32,000 bases of DNA, taken from Wallemia ichthyophaga EXF-994. Its lineage: Eukaryota; Fungi; Basidiomycota. The translations under genes and the position numbers were made by a program. Position 1 is the first letter of the stretch, and the number at the start of each line of letters is the position of its first letter. The stretch is from assembly GCF_000400465.1 (NCBI RefSeq), contig NW_008806290.1, forward strand, positions 60,001 to 92,000, read 5' to 3'. The notes under the pieces were generated by a model. It did no database searches. It had not been told where the DNA came from and worked only from the letters and a program-made list of their open reading frames with translations. Below, in pieces: positions 1 through 12,900 of this stretch.

Positions 1-1
1 G

Positions 2-484
2 AACGTTGAATACTATAAGCGTGGTGACGTTATACCTGGTTTACAAGTAAACGCTATGGACATTCTCAGCGTTTACCAAGCTTCTCAATTCGCTAAACAG
101 TGGGCAATCGATCACAAGGGTCCTCTTGTTATGGAAATGGTTACTTACAGATACGGTGGACACTCCATGTCTGACCCTGGTACCACTTACAGATCAAGAG
201 AGGAGGTTCAACAAATGAGATCCACCAGAGATCCTATCAACGGTCTCAAAGCTAGACTTCTTGAGTGGGATGTCATGTCTGAGGAGGAATTGAAGAAGAT
301 TGACAAAAACGCTAAGCAAGAAGTTGACCAAGCTGTCAATGAGGCTAAGGAATCACCTGAGCCTTCAATGGATGACTTCTGGTCTGATGTCTACTACAAG
401 GGCACTGAGCCTGCTTATCTCCGTGGTCGTGAGCCTGAGGAGGGCAAATACTACAACACTGCACCAAATCTCGTTGGTGCTTAG
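2..484 (+). CDS. PDA1: Pyruvate dehydrogenase E1 alpha subunit, 3' part (5' end outside window)
   Basis: Frame open from base 2 (NVEYYKRGDVIPGLQVNAMD...). Contains TYRYGGHSMSDPGTTYRSREEVQQMRSTRDPI, the E1-alpha phosphorylation-loop region. Stop at 482-484. Confidence 0.97.
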   Translation, partial: NVEYYKRGDVIPGLQVNAMDILSVYQASQFAKQWAIDHKGPLVMEMVTYRYGGHSMSDPGTTYRSREEVQQMRSTRDPINGLKARLLEWDVMSEEELKKIDKNAKQEVDQAVNEAKESPEPSMDDFWSDVYYKGTEPAYLRGREPEEGKYYNTAPNLVGA

Positions 485-1143
485 AGTATAAAAAGTTCTT
501 AAACCACTTTCTCGACTTATTTCTAGATAAAGATGAAATTATATAATTTTACAATGATTAAGAAGTGTTTTGTGTGATGTGTATTATTGTGTGCAATAGT
601 ATCGGCAATACCACTGTGCAATGATTTCTGCAATAATATGTGCGTTTGTTTATATAGGGGTTTTCACGCCGAGTGCGTGCACCTGACACACACCCCTATG
701 CATAGAACAATAAGCGGGTCATATTCAATAAATATGATTAAGATGAACCATCACATGCGCAGTAAGAATAGTCATCATTCCAACACCACGGCAATCTAGA
801 ACGAGGTATGTGACACATTTCTCAGATTCACTCCACAATGCACAGCACAAATGAAGCCAGAAGTAGCTATGATTAAGCGTAGTGGCTGTCTCGGCGAGCG
901 AAAAAACTTTGCAATATGAACATTTGACCAAATTAGGTAGATTTACTAATGATCACCTTCCAAACGCGTCAAAATTTTCCATTCCTGACCACTATTAGAG
1001 GGACATGAATTAAACATGAGAATAGGTTCCATGAATTAAATCAGCCGATTCATTTCAATTATTTAAGGTAAACTTCTTCCTTATCTACAACAAACACAGT
1101 GATACAGAGACGCACAAAGACACGAAGACACAAACATACAAGA

Positions 1144-2509
1144 ATGAAATATATATCAACAAGTACAATTTTAGCAGCTCTTATGGCTTTAGGTACTTCA
1201 CTACCACATCAGAAACGATCAGTGGGAGATTTAGTCCGCGGAGTGAATCTCGGAGGTTTGTGAAAATATTCCGCGCCCGCACCAACTCACACTCCATACT
1301 CTATAGGTTTGTTTGTATTAGAGCCATGGATCACGCCGCAAGTATTTGACAGCACTGGTGACAGCCGAGTGATAGACGAATTTACATTCGGACAGTATGT
1401 AGATTCTGGGACAGCCGAGCAACTGATAACAAACCACCTCGACACTTTCATAACGCAAGATGATCTCACGCAGATCGCCGCAGCTGGTCTCAACGCCGTC
1501 CGCATTCCATTCCCACACTTCGCCATCAACCCTACTGCCGATGAACCTTTCTACGATTTCGGCCGTTTAAGCAAACTGAAGGAGGTAGTTGGATGGGCGC
1601 GCGATGCTGGTCTGCGCGTGTGGATTGATCTACACACCGCTCGCCAGTCCCAAAACGGTTTCGATAACTCAGGTCATAAAGGAGACGTGCTCTGGCATAC
1701 TGATCAGCAGAACGTTAATCTCGCTCTAGAAGCTATTACCACGCTCTCGACTGAGTTCTCCAAGCCTGAGTATGCTGGTGCTGTGGAAGTCGTTGAGCTG
1801 CTCAACGAGCCTGCCTCTTTCGCAAGCACCGCCGTCGATCCGGTCGTCCGCCAGTACTACTACGATGGCTATGGCCGCATAAATGAACAGAGTTCGGCTA
1901 TGGGTGTTGGCCTTCACGACGCTTTCGAAGAAATTTACGAATGGGATGGTTTCATGACTTCCCCACAGTTCGAGAATGTCTGGATGGATGTTCATAGGTA
2001 TCAGGTCTTTTCTCCTTCAGAGCTGGCTAGGGGCGACGATGAACGTATCAGCCATGCTTGTGGCTACGGTCCAGATATGTATGGACACTCACTCGCTCAG
2101 CATTGGACAGTTTGCGGTGAATTCACTTTGGCTAGAACTGATTGCGCTACTTACCTTAATGGCCGCGATGGTGATCTCAACAGATGGGAAGGTTCTTACC
2201 CAGGTAGTTACTACCAGGGCGGATGCGACTACTTCCATGCTAATAACGGCGCTGATTGGCCAGAGCAATACAGAACCTTCTTGAGAAAATTCTATGAAGG
2301 TGGGTTTCGTCTCAGTCGCGGTTGTTTCACTTTCTCACACCACACCTTCAGCTCAGATTAACTCGTTCGAGAGAGGTTCTGGATACTTCTTCTGGACTTG
2401 GAAAACTACCAACAGCAATGCCGCCGATTGGAACTACAGTAGACTGCTCGAACTCGGTATTATTCCTCAGAACCCTGACAACAGAATGTATCCAAACATC
2501 TGTGGCTAA
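1144..2509 (+). CDS. Secreted glycoside hydrolase family 5 (exo-beta-1,3-glucanase / glucan 1,3-beta-glucosidase, EXG-like), 3 exons
   Basis: ATG 1144 with signal-peptide-like MKYISTSTILAALMALGTS. VRGVNLGG|LFVLEPWITP is joined across intron 1256-1306. GH5 acid/base motif ELLNEP and nucleophile region VCGEF. Intron 2300-2351 joins YEA-QINSFERGSGYFFWTWK. Stop 2509. Confidence 0.93.
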
Positions 2510-2702
2510 AGGGTTGGCTGATGGAGTCATACGAATACTGATAGGAATATAAATATAATCATCTCGGATTTGCATTACAATATCTTTCTTTTTTTCTTCC
2601 TTTCGCTTTTTTTTTTTCTCGTTGATACATGCTACTTATATTACAAATATATGACACAATCTATGCAATAATAAAAATGCTAAAAGTATAAAACACAGTG
2701 GA

Positions 2703-3855
2703 CTACCTGAGATACTCAGGCCACTCACTGCGCATCCTTGCTCTGCCCCACTGGTCAAACCTTGGGTTATACTCAACATTAAGAAGGTCGTGGTGTGGTT
2801 TAGCGAATGGCACAAACCATACGAGAGGATTGGCGCCCATCCTGAAACACCAGTTGCGATAAGGTGACTCAAGCCACCATAAATTCCCCTCTGTGCGCGG
2901 ATTGCCCCAGACATAGTACCAGTGATCTTTACACGCTTTCTTCGCTTGCAACTGCCACGGATCGTAGTGTTTGCTGAGAATGGATGCATCTCTTGCGCGA
3001 ATTGTGCGCACCTCGAACATATCCTCGAAAGTTGTCAGCTGAAGCGTGTGAGTGTGAGTGTGAACAATTAAAGTTCCAACTTACACTATCGCACGCTAGC
3101 CAGATATGATTGAAGAGGAGCCCACCTACAAAGAAGGCGAAGAAGGAGGACACTGCTATAGCTCCGATGATGGGTCCGCGGCCACGACCACTCCACAATC
3201 CATCACCGTGCTCATCTGATATCAGAGAAGGATAGCTCACGCCCAAAGCTATCGCTGTGAATGAGAGGACCACAACACACCAAAAAAGGAAAGTAACGAA
3301 ATGCTTGTGGTTGTGCCCACCTACACTTTGACCAATCCACGGACAGTAATGGTCAAATTCCCACACGCAGCGGTTCGCATGACGGTCGTGGTGTGCGCGC
3401 GGCGGTCGCCATAGCTGACACTGAGAACAATAAGTAGCGTCAAATTGAGTTGCTTGGACGCGGAAAGTGGGAGGGTATGTAGTGCAGTCTGATTGATTGG
3501 AGTGGTTACTGGTACCAGTTCTATCGGTATCTTTGTCTTTATTTTGCGCTGCTCGTCCTGGGTGGTACGCTGGTATGAATGAATTTGTTATGTAGCCTGG
3601 GTGAATGAATAAAATAGCAGCGTAACTAGCGCAGAATATCAAAAATAGCACGTTGAAAACCACAAGTATCGTAACGCCTAATCCGAAACCACCAGCGCGG
3701 TTCTTGGTCACTAGCCCCACGCCCACAGCCACAGTGACGGAGAAGTAGTCAAATATAATAATAAGAACGACGAAGCCAACTATCCACTTTGTCTTTATAA
3801 ATCTCAACACGCTGTTTGTTTGCGCTACTTCGTTAGCGTCGCGCACGCATTGCAT
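2703..3855 (-). CDS. DHHC-family protein S-palmitoyltransferase, DHYC variant without ankyrin repeats (Pfa5-like), 2 exons
   Basis: Two N-terminal TM segments, then CSQCQLWRPPRAHHDRHANRCVWEFDHYCPWIGQSVGGHNHKHF and two more TM segments. An intron at ~3039-3074 (GTAAGT...TTCAG on minus) joins ACDS-LTTFEDMF, the TTxE motif. Confidence 0.9.
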
Positions 3856-3964
3856 GGAAGGTACAAACGAAGGTACAAACTAAACAAGAAATTTGAATTT
3901 ATTTGAAATGAAGACATACTTATTAGTAATCAAAGGGAATATTGCAATTTGTTTAGGGGGAATA

Positions 3965-5314
3965 TTAAAAGTAGAACGGCCATACGCGTTGATCCTGTGA
4001 TTACAGTCAGTATTCACTACAAGTAGCCCGTAAAATACTCCACACGTACGCGGAATCCATCCACGATAGCTTGTATGTCGCTGGTAGTGAGTTTACTATG
4101 CTTGCACTTGAAATTGAGCGTCTTCTTGATCTTTGATGGATCAAGAGCGATTGGATTCTTTTTAAAAAAGTGCTCATCGAGCTATCATCTGTGTTAGACG
4201 TGTGCTGAACAAGTCAATAACAACCCACATATGGCGTCAACGGGCTGTCTCGTATGTTACTCCGATGCAACATCTCAGACCACGCTTGGATATGTTTTTC
4301 ATTGACATCATCAATCATTTCCTCAATATCCATTCGTGCAAACGTAGAGACGAGTCCACCCAGGAAACCAGTCTTAACTCTAAATACATTGGCGATTACT
4401 TCAGCGACTGATGATTGTGTAGCGTTTGAATCATCTACGAGGTTGAATAGAGGAGCTTTACCGACTGCTTTTCTGCTTGGGAGTTTGAATTGCTCGAGTT
4501 TTTCGTCATTTGCGTAGGATATTATGTCGTTGAGGGTGGATTGCGGTGGATTGCAGTTAGACCTCCACTTTCCAAGCTCAACTAACGCTCTGGCAACATC
4601 TCGAGTGTGTACGGTGTTCAATTTGAGATCACCATCCCATAAAAATTTCATCTCTTCGCCCAAGTAACGATATATGTCACCACACATGACCCTAGGTGTA
4701 ATCTTACCGTGTATTTGGTTAGGACCATACCAAACACCTATCCTAAGTATGGACAGGGGTAGATTTGGAATTGTGGACAGACAGCGCAACGATTCATGCC
4801 ACCAAACACCTCTACCACCTTGAGGTTGGAGATGGGAGTGTTCAGAGACTGGATTGCTGGGGAATTCGTAGAAAGGGAAAGTTAGTTTGTTGTACGATTG
4901 GATAGAATGTGAAGCAGCGATCAAACCGAGCTGATAAGAAGCGATTGTGGATTGAATATGCTGTAACTCATTAACGTCGAATCTAATGTCACCAGATAAA
5001 TCAAAGACATGAGTTGGATTGAATGTCTCAAATATTGAATTGAGAGTGGATTTGTTGAGTAAGTTTACTTGGGTATAAGTGAGATTAGGAGTGTTTAATA
5101 AAGTTTCCTTGAATTCATTAGACAGATGTGTCGTTGAATATCCCTCGTTTATTGCGAATTTATCGATTACCCGTATTGTTGGCGTGTCATTGGGATTTCT
5201 GAGCTCGTCTATTAAATTACTAGTAAAGGTTTGAATTCCACCTATTCGAAATTTATTAGACCGACACTATTAATTTATTAACGACACACCGACTATAAGG
5301 ACCTTGGCTACCAT
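3965..5314 (-). CDS. NAD(P)-binding Rossmann-fold protein, epimerase/dehydratase (extended/atypical SDR) family, about 4 exons
   Basis: Spliced reading: MVAKVLIVG|GIQTFTSNLIDEL...RVIDK...HVFDLSG...ILRIGVWYGP...LNTVHTRDVARAL...FNLVDDS...PY|LDEHFFKKNPIALDPSKIKKTLNF...GFR|DQRVWPFYF*. All introns are short GT-AG. Confidence 0.8.
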
Positions 5315-5361
5315 GACTGTCAATCTCAAACCAAACGACCATCATCAACTTATAAAATAAT
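5315..5361. promoter_or_regulatory. 47-bp spacer between divergent start codons (SDR gene / GEA2); presumed shared bidirectional promoter
   Basis: Minus-strand ATG at 5314 and plus-strand ATG at 5362. The promoter role is inferred from geometry only. Confidence 0.5.
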
Positions 5362-8300
5362 ATGTCATCAACCGAGTCAAATCTCATGGACTTGGTGCAT
5401 AATCAGGTGGGTTTACTGATGTATAGTGCATCTCCCACCACTCACTTGCGTCCACAGATTTCAATTCTCATCTCTACGATGAAGTTGAATAGCAATTGGT
5501 CTAATTTTACTCCAAATTCACTCCCACTATCCAATTTGGCTGTTGATTTGGGCTTAAAGGGCTATTCTCCCGTGAATCCCCAGCCAAATATCATCCAACA
5601 CCTCTATTCTCTCAGATTTACTGGTAATATTCAAAATCCAAAAGAAATCCTTAGCCCCTTCCTCTTTATTATAACAAATCAATCAACTTCTGGTCCAATC
5701 ACTCTCGCTGCGTTGCAATCAATTGAGAAGTTTATATCCTCTGATTTGTTATCAATACACTCCCCCCACTCTCCCGCAGCGGTTGATTCTATCGCCGAAG
5801 CTATTTCCAAATGCTCTTTTGATCCCACTGACTCCCTCACTGACGATGCAATCCTCAATCGCATTCTTGACATCATCAAACTCATTCTCTCCTCAAATCT
5901 TGCCAAAATTACTTCCGATAAGTCCGCTTCCTCTCTTATCGAAACCGGCCTTGAAATGGCGTGTCAGATGAGGTTGTCTCCCTCCATACGCAATTCTGCT
6001 GAAAGAACTATCCAATCCGCCGTCAGATGCCTTTTACTTGACTTCAAATCAAGATACCAGCCTGGTAACAGCGAAGACAGCTCTATTTCCCCTTCGAAGC
6101 CTTCTAAATCTCCCTTACAAGACTTCTCCGCTTCTCAAAAGCCTTTCGGCGATGCTACCATGTCTGAGGTCATCAGAGTCCTTGTCAACCTCCTCGACCC
6201 ACACGACACCAAATACACTGACACCATTAGATTGGCTGCCCTCAGAATCCTAGATGTCGCTCTCACCACCGCCGGGATCACTCTCTCCAACATACCTCAA
6301 ATACGCTCTACCCTCTCTGACCAAGGTTGCAAATTCCTCTTTCAATTGGCTAGAGTTGAGTCTTCTAGCTTGTTAATTATGACTATCAGAGTTATTACTG
6401 TCCTCTTTGACACTTGCAAACCACATCTAAAGTTACAGCAAGAGCTCTTCTTCTCTTTCCTAGTCGAGCGTTTATCTCCATCTACTCAAGATAACGCCCA
6501 GTCATTCGATCCTTTCCACACCTGGGAAGCCTCTGTCATGCCACCAGAGCACCCTGACGACCACGATAAGCTTAATACTTCCACCTCTGGCTCTGCAACT
6601 CCCTCACTAGCTCCCGCCAAAGCTGCAAAACCCGCATATGGTCAAACTAGACAGCTTCTCCTCGAAACTCTCGTACACTTCATCCACACACCCAACTTTC
6701 TCTCTGAGTTGTGGCTCAACTACGACTCAGACATCGATTGTGACGATTTGTTCGAACGTGTTCTGTCGTTTACTATTGATGGTATTTTCCCATATGACAA
6801 CTCCTCACTTGAATCGCAGTTATTGTGTCTCGAGGGTGTCCTCACCTTCATCTCCCAGGTACACGGTACTCTCGTCAACACCCCCTCCGACGCTCACCTC
6901 CAATACCCCACCAATATCGCCCTCACAAAGTCTCGCAAGCGTATTATCCTCAATGGCGCACAAAAGTTCAATTCCAAACCGAAACTAGGATTGGAGTACT
7001 TGACGCGTCACGGTGTGATTGACGTGGAGATGGCTGATGAATCTTGGACCAAAGCGACTTGTGACAGTGTAGCCAAGTTTCTCAAGCAGTGCGCTCGTCT
7101 CGACAAGCGCCTTCTCGGAGACTACATCTCTCGCCCGGAGAACAGCGAGGTGTTGAAGTCATTCATGTCTCTTTTTGACTTTAGGGATGTGAGTGCATGA
7201 TGAGGAGTTTGAACATTCTAAAACATCTGCAGCTATCTATTGCCGACAGTATGCGCCAAGTGCTCGAGACGTTTCGATTACCCGGAGAAGCTCAGCAGAT
7301 TGCGCGTATCACTGAGGTATTTGCCGAGCACTATTTCTCATTTGCTCCTGAGGGTATCCGATCGCAAGATTCTGTTTACGTTCTCGCATACTCAGTCATC
7401 ATGCTCAACACGGATCTTCACAATCCGCAAAATCGCGCGCGACGGATGAGCGACGAAGCCTACAAGCGTAATTTGCGGGGAGTTAACGACGGCGCAGACT
7501 TCGACGCAGCGATGCTCGATGACGTTTACCATAGTATCCGTAAACGCGAGATAGTAATGCCGGAAGAGCATCACGACCAAGTCGGCTTTGATTATGCGTG
7601 GAAGGAGATGCTCGTGCGCAGTCGCACGGCGGGGCTAGTAAGAGATGCGCATTCTCCCAACCTCGTCAAACCTATCCTGGAGGCAAGTGTTCGCAGGGTG
7701 CTTGCCGGTCTCGCATACGCCTTCGCTAGCTTCGACGATAGCTCCGCTATCAAGCGCGTCATGGAGGCATATGCGCATATCGTCTATCTCGCGCATAGAT
7801 TGCAACTACACCTCATCCCTGATATAGCCTTTGTCAGCCTACGCAGAGCGGCTGCGGTGTTGATTGGGCGTTTTGACGAGACGGAGAATGAATTCGCTCA
7901 GGCGAAGGTGCCTCTGAGCGGGAGCAAAGATACACTCACCCAAATCAGCGTCTCGAGCCACACTGTCCAATTAGGGTACGATCTGCGCGCTCAGTTGGCC
8001 GCATGGACTATTTTTAATGTGATACTGCGCGACGTTCGCAATGTGTCAGACAGCTGGTTCGACCTATTTGACATGTTTCTTGTGCTTTTCGCCAACGAAA
8101 TGCTTCCAGAGAGCATCCAGACGCTCGAGGACTTTTTGGGTGGGAGCACGCCGATACCGCGCGAAGCGAGTGGGGATACACATGCGCAGGAAAATGGACA
8201 AGGACAAGGCAAGGATGTAGCACGGACAGGTAACTCGACCAGCCTCCTCTCCACTCTCAGCTCCTACTTGCTAGCGCCATACTCTAGCGAGCCTCACATG

Positions 8301-9790
8301 ACTCAGGCGAGTGACGAGGACGTCGACGCGACGTTGCACGCTCTCGACTGTATTCGCATTTGTAATTTGGAAGTCGTGTACAGCGGTCTGTGGCACCTAC
8401 CTGGTAGCGCACACTCGCGTGCGCTCTCGGCACTCACGGATATGCTCGATGCGCGCACGACGGCTAAACTAGCTGGGGTGCAGTACAACAGAAAAGGGAT
8501 CCCGCCAGTGTTTGTTCCGTACGACCGCAGGACTGTCTTTCTGCTTGAGCTGCTGGTGAGCATTAGTGTGCGCAATCGCGATGCAACAGAGACGACGTGG
8601 TGAGTGTATAGTCTTTGTGAAGGTACAGACATACTAATAACGTATTGTTAAGGCACACGGTGTTCCCGCTACTGGAAAAGTTGTTGGCACACGCTAACGT
8701 GTTCTCTACTCTCCTCACCGAACGCGCCGCTGTCGGACTGGCTAAGCTGACTGAGGGTATTAGTGCACATGCGCAACTACACGAGGAGCTTTTCATAGCT
8801 ATCGATCTTTTGCGCTCTCTTCCGCCACACGCGCTGCTGAGTGCGACAGACCATCTTGTCTCGCTGGTAGAATCTGTGCTCGCAAAGGCAGATGTGCAGA
8901 ACAGTACCGAGTGGCATCTCCTTATTGCGCTGCTCCACTGCTGCAGTGGCAGAGTGAGTGAGCGTGTATTAGGCTTGCTCACTACCATAATCGATCAGCA
9001 TCTCTCTCGAGACTCTCTTCCTGCCGTGCTCGACCTTCTCACTGCGCTCGCGCTGCATGAAAATAACGCTGCATTGGACATGCTTCTCACTTTGCGTCGC
9101 GAACCCAGTTGGGATTGGGAATGGGAGCAGGTCAGCGCTCTCGCTAGCAAACTTGGCACACTCTGCCTCCAACCAGCTAAGCACATTCGTCAACGAGCAA
9201 TTGAAGGCCTTGCAGCTATTTTGTTGGAGAAACCTCGCAATGATCTTATCGTATTCACCCATATCGCTTTTCCTCTCTTAGAGAATCTGTTGCGACCAGA
9301 TGTATTCAATCGTGATCCTACCAGTGCGGGTATGGGAAACACTCGCTCAGCCGTTACTAATCTCGTTTGCAAAGTGTGGCTGCTCCTCGATCTACACTCG
9401 CTCGATGACGAACATGTGGAGCGGGTGTGGCTGGAATTGTTGGATTTCTTAGATAGATTTATGTCTAGTTCGACCAATAGCAAGAAGATGAATATGGTCC
9501 ATGAGAGCATTCTCGAAAACATAAAAAACCTCCTACTCGTTATGCACGCGAATGGTATCATAGACCCTGGCACGAAGACAGATAGTCACAGCCATCAACT
9601 ATACATCAAGACGGCTGAGCGCATTGATCTATTTTTGCAAGGATTTGTCGGTGAAGTGTTGAAAGACACGCATCAGAAAGAGCAGACAAAGCAGACGGAG
9701 CATACAGCAGAGACGCAAGACAATGACGAAACAAACCAAGCACAGCAAACACACCAATCACACGACACAGGTACAGACACGCCCTCGTAA
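5362..9790 (+). CDS. GEA2: Large Sec7-domain Arf guanine-nucleotide exchange factor (GBF1/Gea1/Gea2 family), multi-exon
   Basis: N-terminal DCB-like region (SGPITLAALQSIEKF) and HUS-like ELWLNYDSDIDCDDLFE. Sec7 domain with FNSKPKLGL, FRLPGEAQQIARITEVF (glutamate finger) and SVIMLNTDLHNPQ. Introns near 5407-5457, 7188-7233 and ~8600-8650. Stop 9790. Confidence 0.92.
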
Positions 9791-9920
9791 ACATACTTTA
9801 TAGATATGCATCGTAATAGTCGATTTTCGATATTAATTTAAATTGGAAATGTAGTTGTAATGTGCAGATAACCTTTGGTCGTGCGTGGGAAGAAGGTAAT
9901 TTAACGGAATAATCCTAAAA

Positions 9921-12900
9921 TTAGCGTCTATTCCGACGCAATGGCTTCACAGGCCGCGATGAGTTGGGTGTGCCTGGAGCTGGCGATCCCGTGCCTATGT
10001 TGAAGAGGGAAGGTGATCCAGGAGCTTGTTGCGGGGTGGATGGGTTGGGCGCGGGAGCGGGTGCAGATGAACCGAATGCAAATGGAGAGCTAGGGGCGGT
10101 ATTGTTGGTGCTAGAGGCGCTTGGAGCTGGAGCTGGAGCGGGTGCTGCTCCAAAGCCGAAAGCTCCTGTGCTTGCGCCGCTCGAGGGTGCACTGCCGCCG
10201 CCGAACGAGAATGCAGGCGATGCTCCCGCTCCTGCTGCAGGTGCAGGTGGTTGTGACTGGCCGAATCCGAAGCCTCCACTGGAAGCACCACCTCCAAATG
10301 GCGTGGGTGTGGATGTGGGTGCAGTCGCTGGTGCACCGAAAAGTGGTGCTGAACCGGCTGGACGTGTTGGGGATTCTTCCATAGAATCACCACCGCCATT
10401 GCTCTGCTGCTGCTGCTGTGGTTGCGGTTTTGCCGCGCCAAATGCCCCACCAGCACTTCCAGTACCGCCAGCACCACCAAATTGGAAAGAAGGTATGCTA
10501 CCACCACCACCACCAAATCCAAATGAGGGCGTCGACGAGACAGTTTCACTCGTGCTCGTCGGCTTCGCTTCGCCACCGCCAAAAGCAAACGACGACTTGT
10601 TCTCACCCGCCGATGCAGACGCAGTGGCTCCACCAAATGAAAATGTGGGCTTATCGGTACTGGCTGGCTGCGAATTTCCAAACAAAGTCGTCTGCGAGCC
10701 GCCGAATGCGAATGGAGGTTTGGACGTGTTGGAAGAGGCGTCGGTGGGGTTCGTGGACGAAGCACCAAAGCTGAATGGACTTGATGGCTGTACGAGGAGA
10801 TACGTTAGTCTGTCGGTGTAGTTTAATCGACATAAGCCCAACTATATACTCACCTTTATTGGTTCAGTGGATTGAGATGCAGGTGCTGGCGCAGATGCAG
10901 GTGCTCCGAACACTGGTGGCTTTGCAGTGTCGTTACCACCAGCGCCAAAAGAGAATGGAGAGCTTGACTTAGGTTTGTTATCGTCTGTTGCTGGGGCACT
11001 ACCTCCAAAAGAAAATGCTGCTCCAGGTGACTTTTCGTCAGCTTTTGCAGGCTGCCCGAAAGAGAATGTCGGCTGTTTCTTCTCCTCATTTTCAGCGGGT
11101 TTAGGCTGTCCGAAAGCAAAAGAACCGCTGCCACCATTGACCTCATTCTTGCTCTCTTTGCTCTCCTTAATCTCACTAGGGGCACCAAAGGAGAATGCTG
11201 CTCCTGAACCTGAACTACCGCCTCCGAAAACGCCGTTGGAGCTGTTAGGTTTCGACTCATCCGATTGCGGTTTGGTGAATGAGAATGCACCACCCGTGCC
11301 TTTTTCGACATCTTTCTTCTCTTCTTCCGCTGGCTTTGTAGCTCCAAACGAACCACCAGAGCTACCACCTCCACCGAAGGAGAAAGGCGAGCTTGATGCA
11401 GGTTTGGTAGAAGGCGCAACACCGAAACTAAATGCACTGCTTTTGCTTGCGCTACTCTCACCCTTTTCTTCAGCTGGCTTGCCGAATAATGGAGCTGGAG
11501 ACGCTGGTTTATCTCCACCAGTTGCATCGGTGGTATCTGCCTTGCCTTCAGGCTTGTTGCTGAAGCGGCTGAGAAGAGAAGGCGTCTTCTCGTCCGTCTG
11601 TGCTCCCCCGAAAGAGAAGGGTGATGCAGGTTTGGAGTCTTGGCTTGGTGGCTTGCCGAATGAGAATCCACCTAATGAAGCGGGTGCAGCAGCTGGCTTT
11701 TCATTCTTCTGGTTATTTTCGTCCTTCTTTTCTAACGGAGCGCCAGGAGAGAATGGATTGGACTTGGTCTCCTCCTTGTCATCCTTGTCATCCTTATTAT
11801 GCTCTGCAGTACCACCAAAGCTGAAAGTAGGTACTGACTTTGGCTTGTCATCCTCCTTCTTGTTGGCTTCAAACAGGGCGAATGGATTTGGTTTTTCCGC
11901 TGCTGCTTTCTTTGAGTTCTCTTCTTCTTCTTTCTCCTTCTGGGTTTTTTCAGACTTGGGTGCGCCAAAAGAGAAACCGAGTGGTGGTTGTGATTGTGGC
12001 TTGCTGTCATCCTTCTTCTCCTTCTCCTTCTCATCCTTATTGTCAAAGATGGCTGCTGGTGGAGGTCCTTTGGGTGTTGTCGACTCACCGCCGAAAGAGA
12101 AAGGTGTTGCTGGTTTGGGTGTGGCAGGTTTAGTCTGCTCATTCTGCTCCTTAACATCAGTTTCTTCCGGTAAATTGAAGTTAAGCTTGGGATTAGGAGC
12201 AGGAGCAGGAGTAGGAGCACTTTGTTGACTGGCGATACCATCAAAGTTGAAATTAACCACTGGAACACTCTTCAAAGCATCCCTTTCCGCCTGACGCTTA
12301 CGTTCCTCCTCTTCTTCATCGATTTCAGCAGTATCTTCACGTGGTTTGCGAGCGGCTGATGAGTGTTGTCTGCTGCTGGTCATGGTGCGCGCCCTGAGCG
12401 ACGACCTAGCTCTATCGGTAGCACTAGGGCCTTTATCTGCGCCATTTGCGTCCTTTTCACCAACTTTGCCCGGTTTGAATTGATCCTGTCCAGACATTGG
12501 AGCGAACAATTTAGCCGCGCTCGTAGTAGCGATTGGGGCGGTATGTGGGGAAGAGTGGTTTGGCTTGTCTACGCCCTTACTTGAATTGTCTTGTTTATCC
12601 CCCTGCTCTCGCTCACCTACATACCCGTCTTCATGCTCATCCTCGTCATCGCTGGGTACAGCTATCTTGCTACGTGGTCGTTGTTGTGTTTTGGGCAGTC
12701 TCTCCTGTAATTTGCTACTTTTCAGGTCATGCTCGCGGTGGCGTCTCTCTTGTTCCCTGCGATGCTTGCTGCGTGCGTAGGGACTAATCATAGCTTCTGC
12801 CTTTTTGTTGACTGGAGGAGCTAGTTTGCTCTTTGCAGGGTTTGGCTTGGGAATAGGAATTGAGATGGTAGGCAAGTTGTATGACTGCTGTGATTGCTGT

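Noticed and set aside
3039-3062. (GAGTGT)n-like short repeat
   Set aside because: About three units inside an intron of the palmitoyltransferase gene; an ordinary microsatellite.
9964-12228. Long plus-strand ORFs of 285 aa and 433 aa, plus alternative-frame ORFs on the minus strand
   Set aside because: They are antisense or frame shadows of the low-complexity FG nucleoporin, with mirror-image composition (PK/EN/GL repeats) and no independent motifs.
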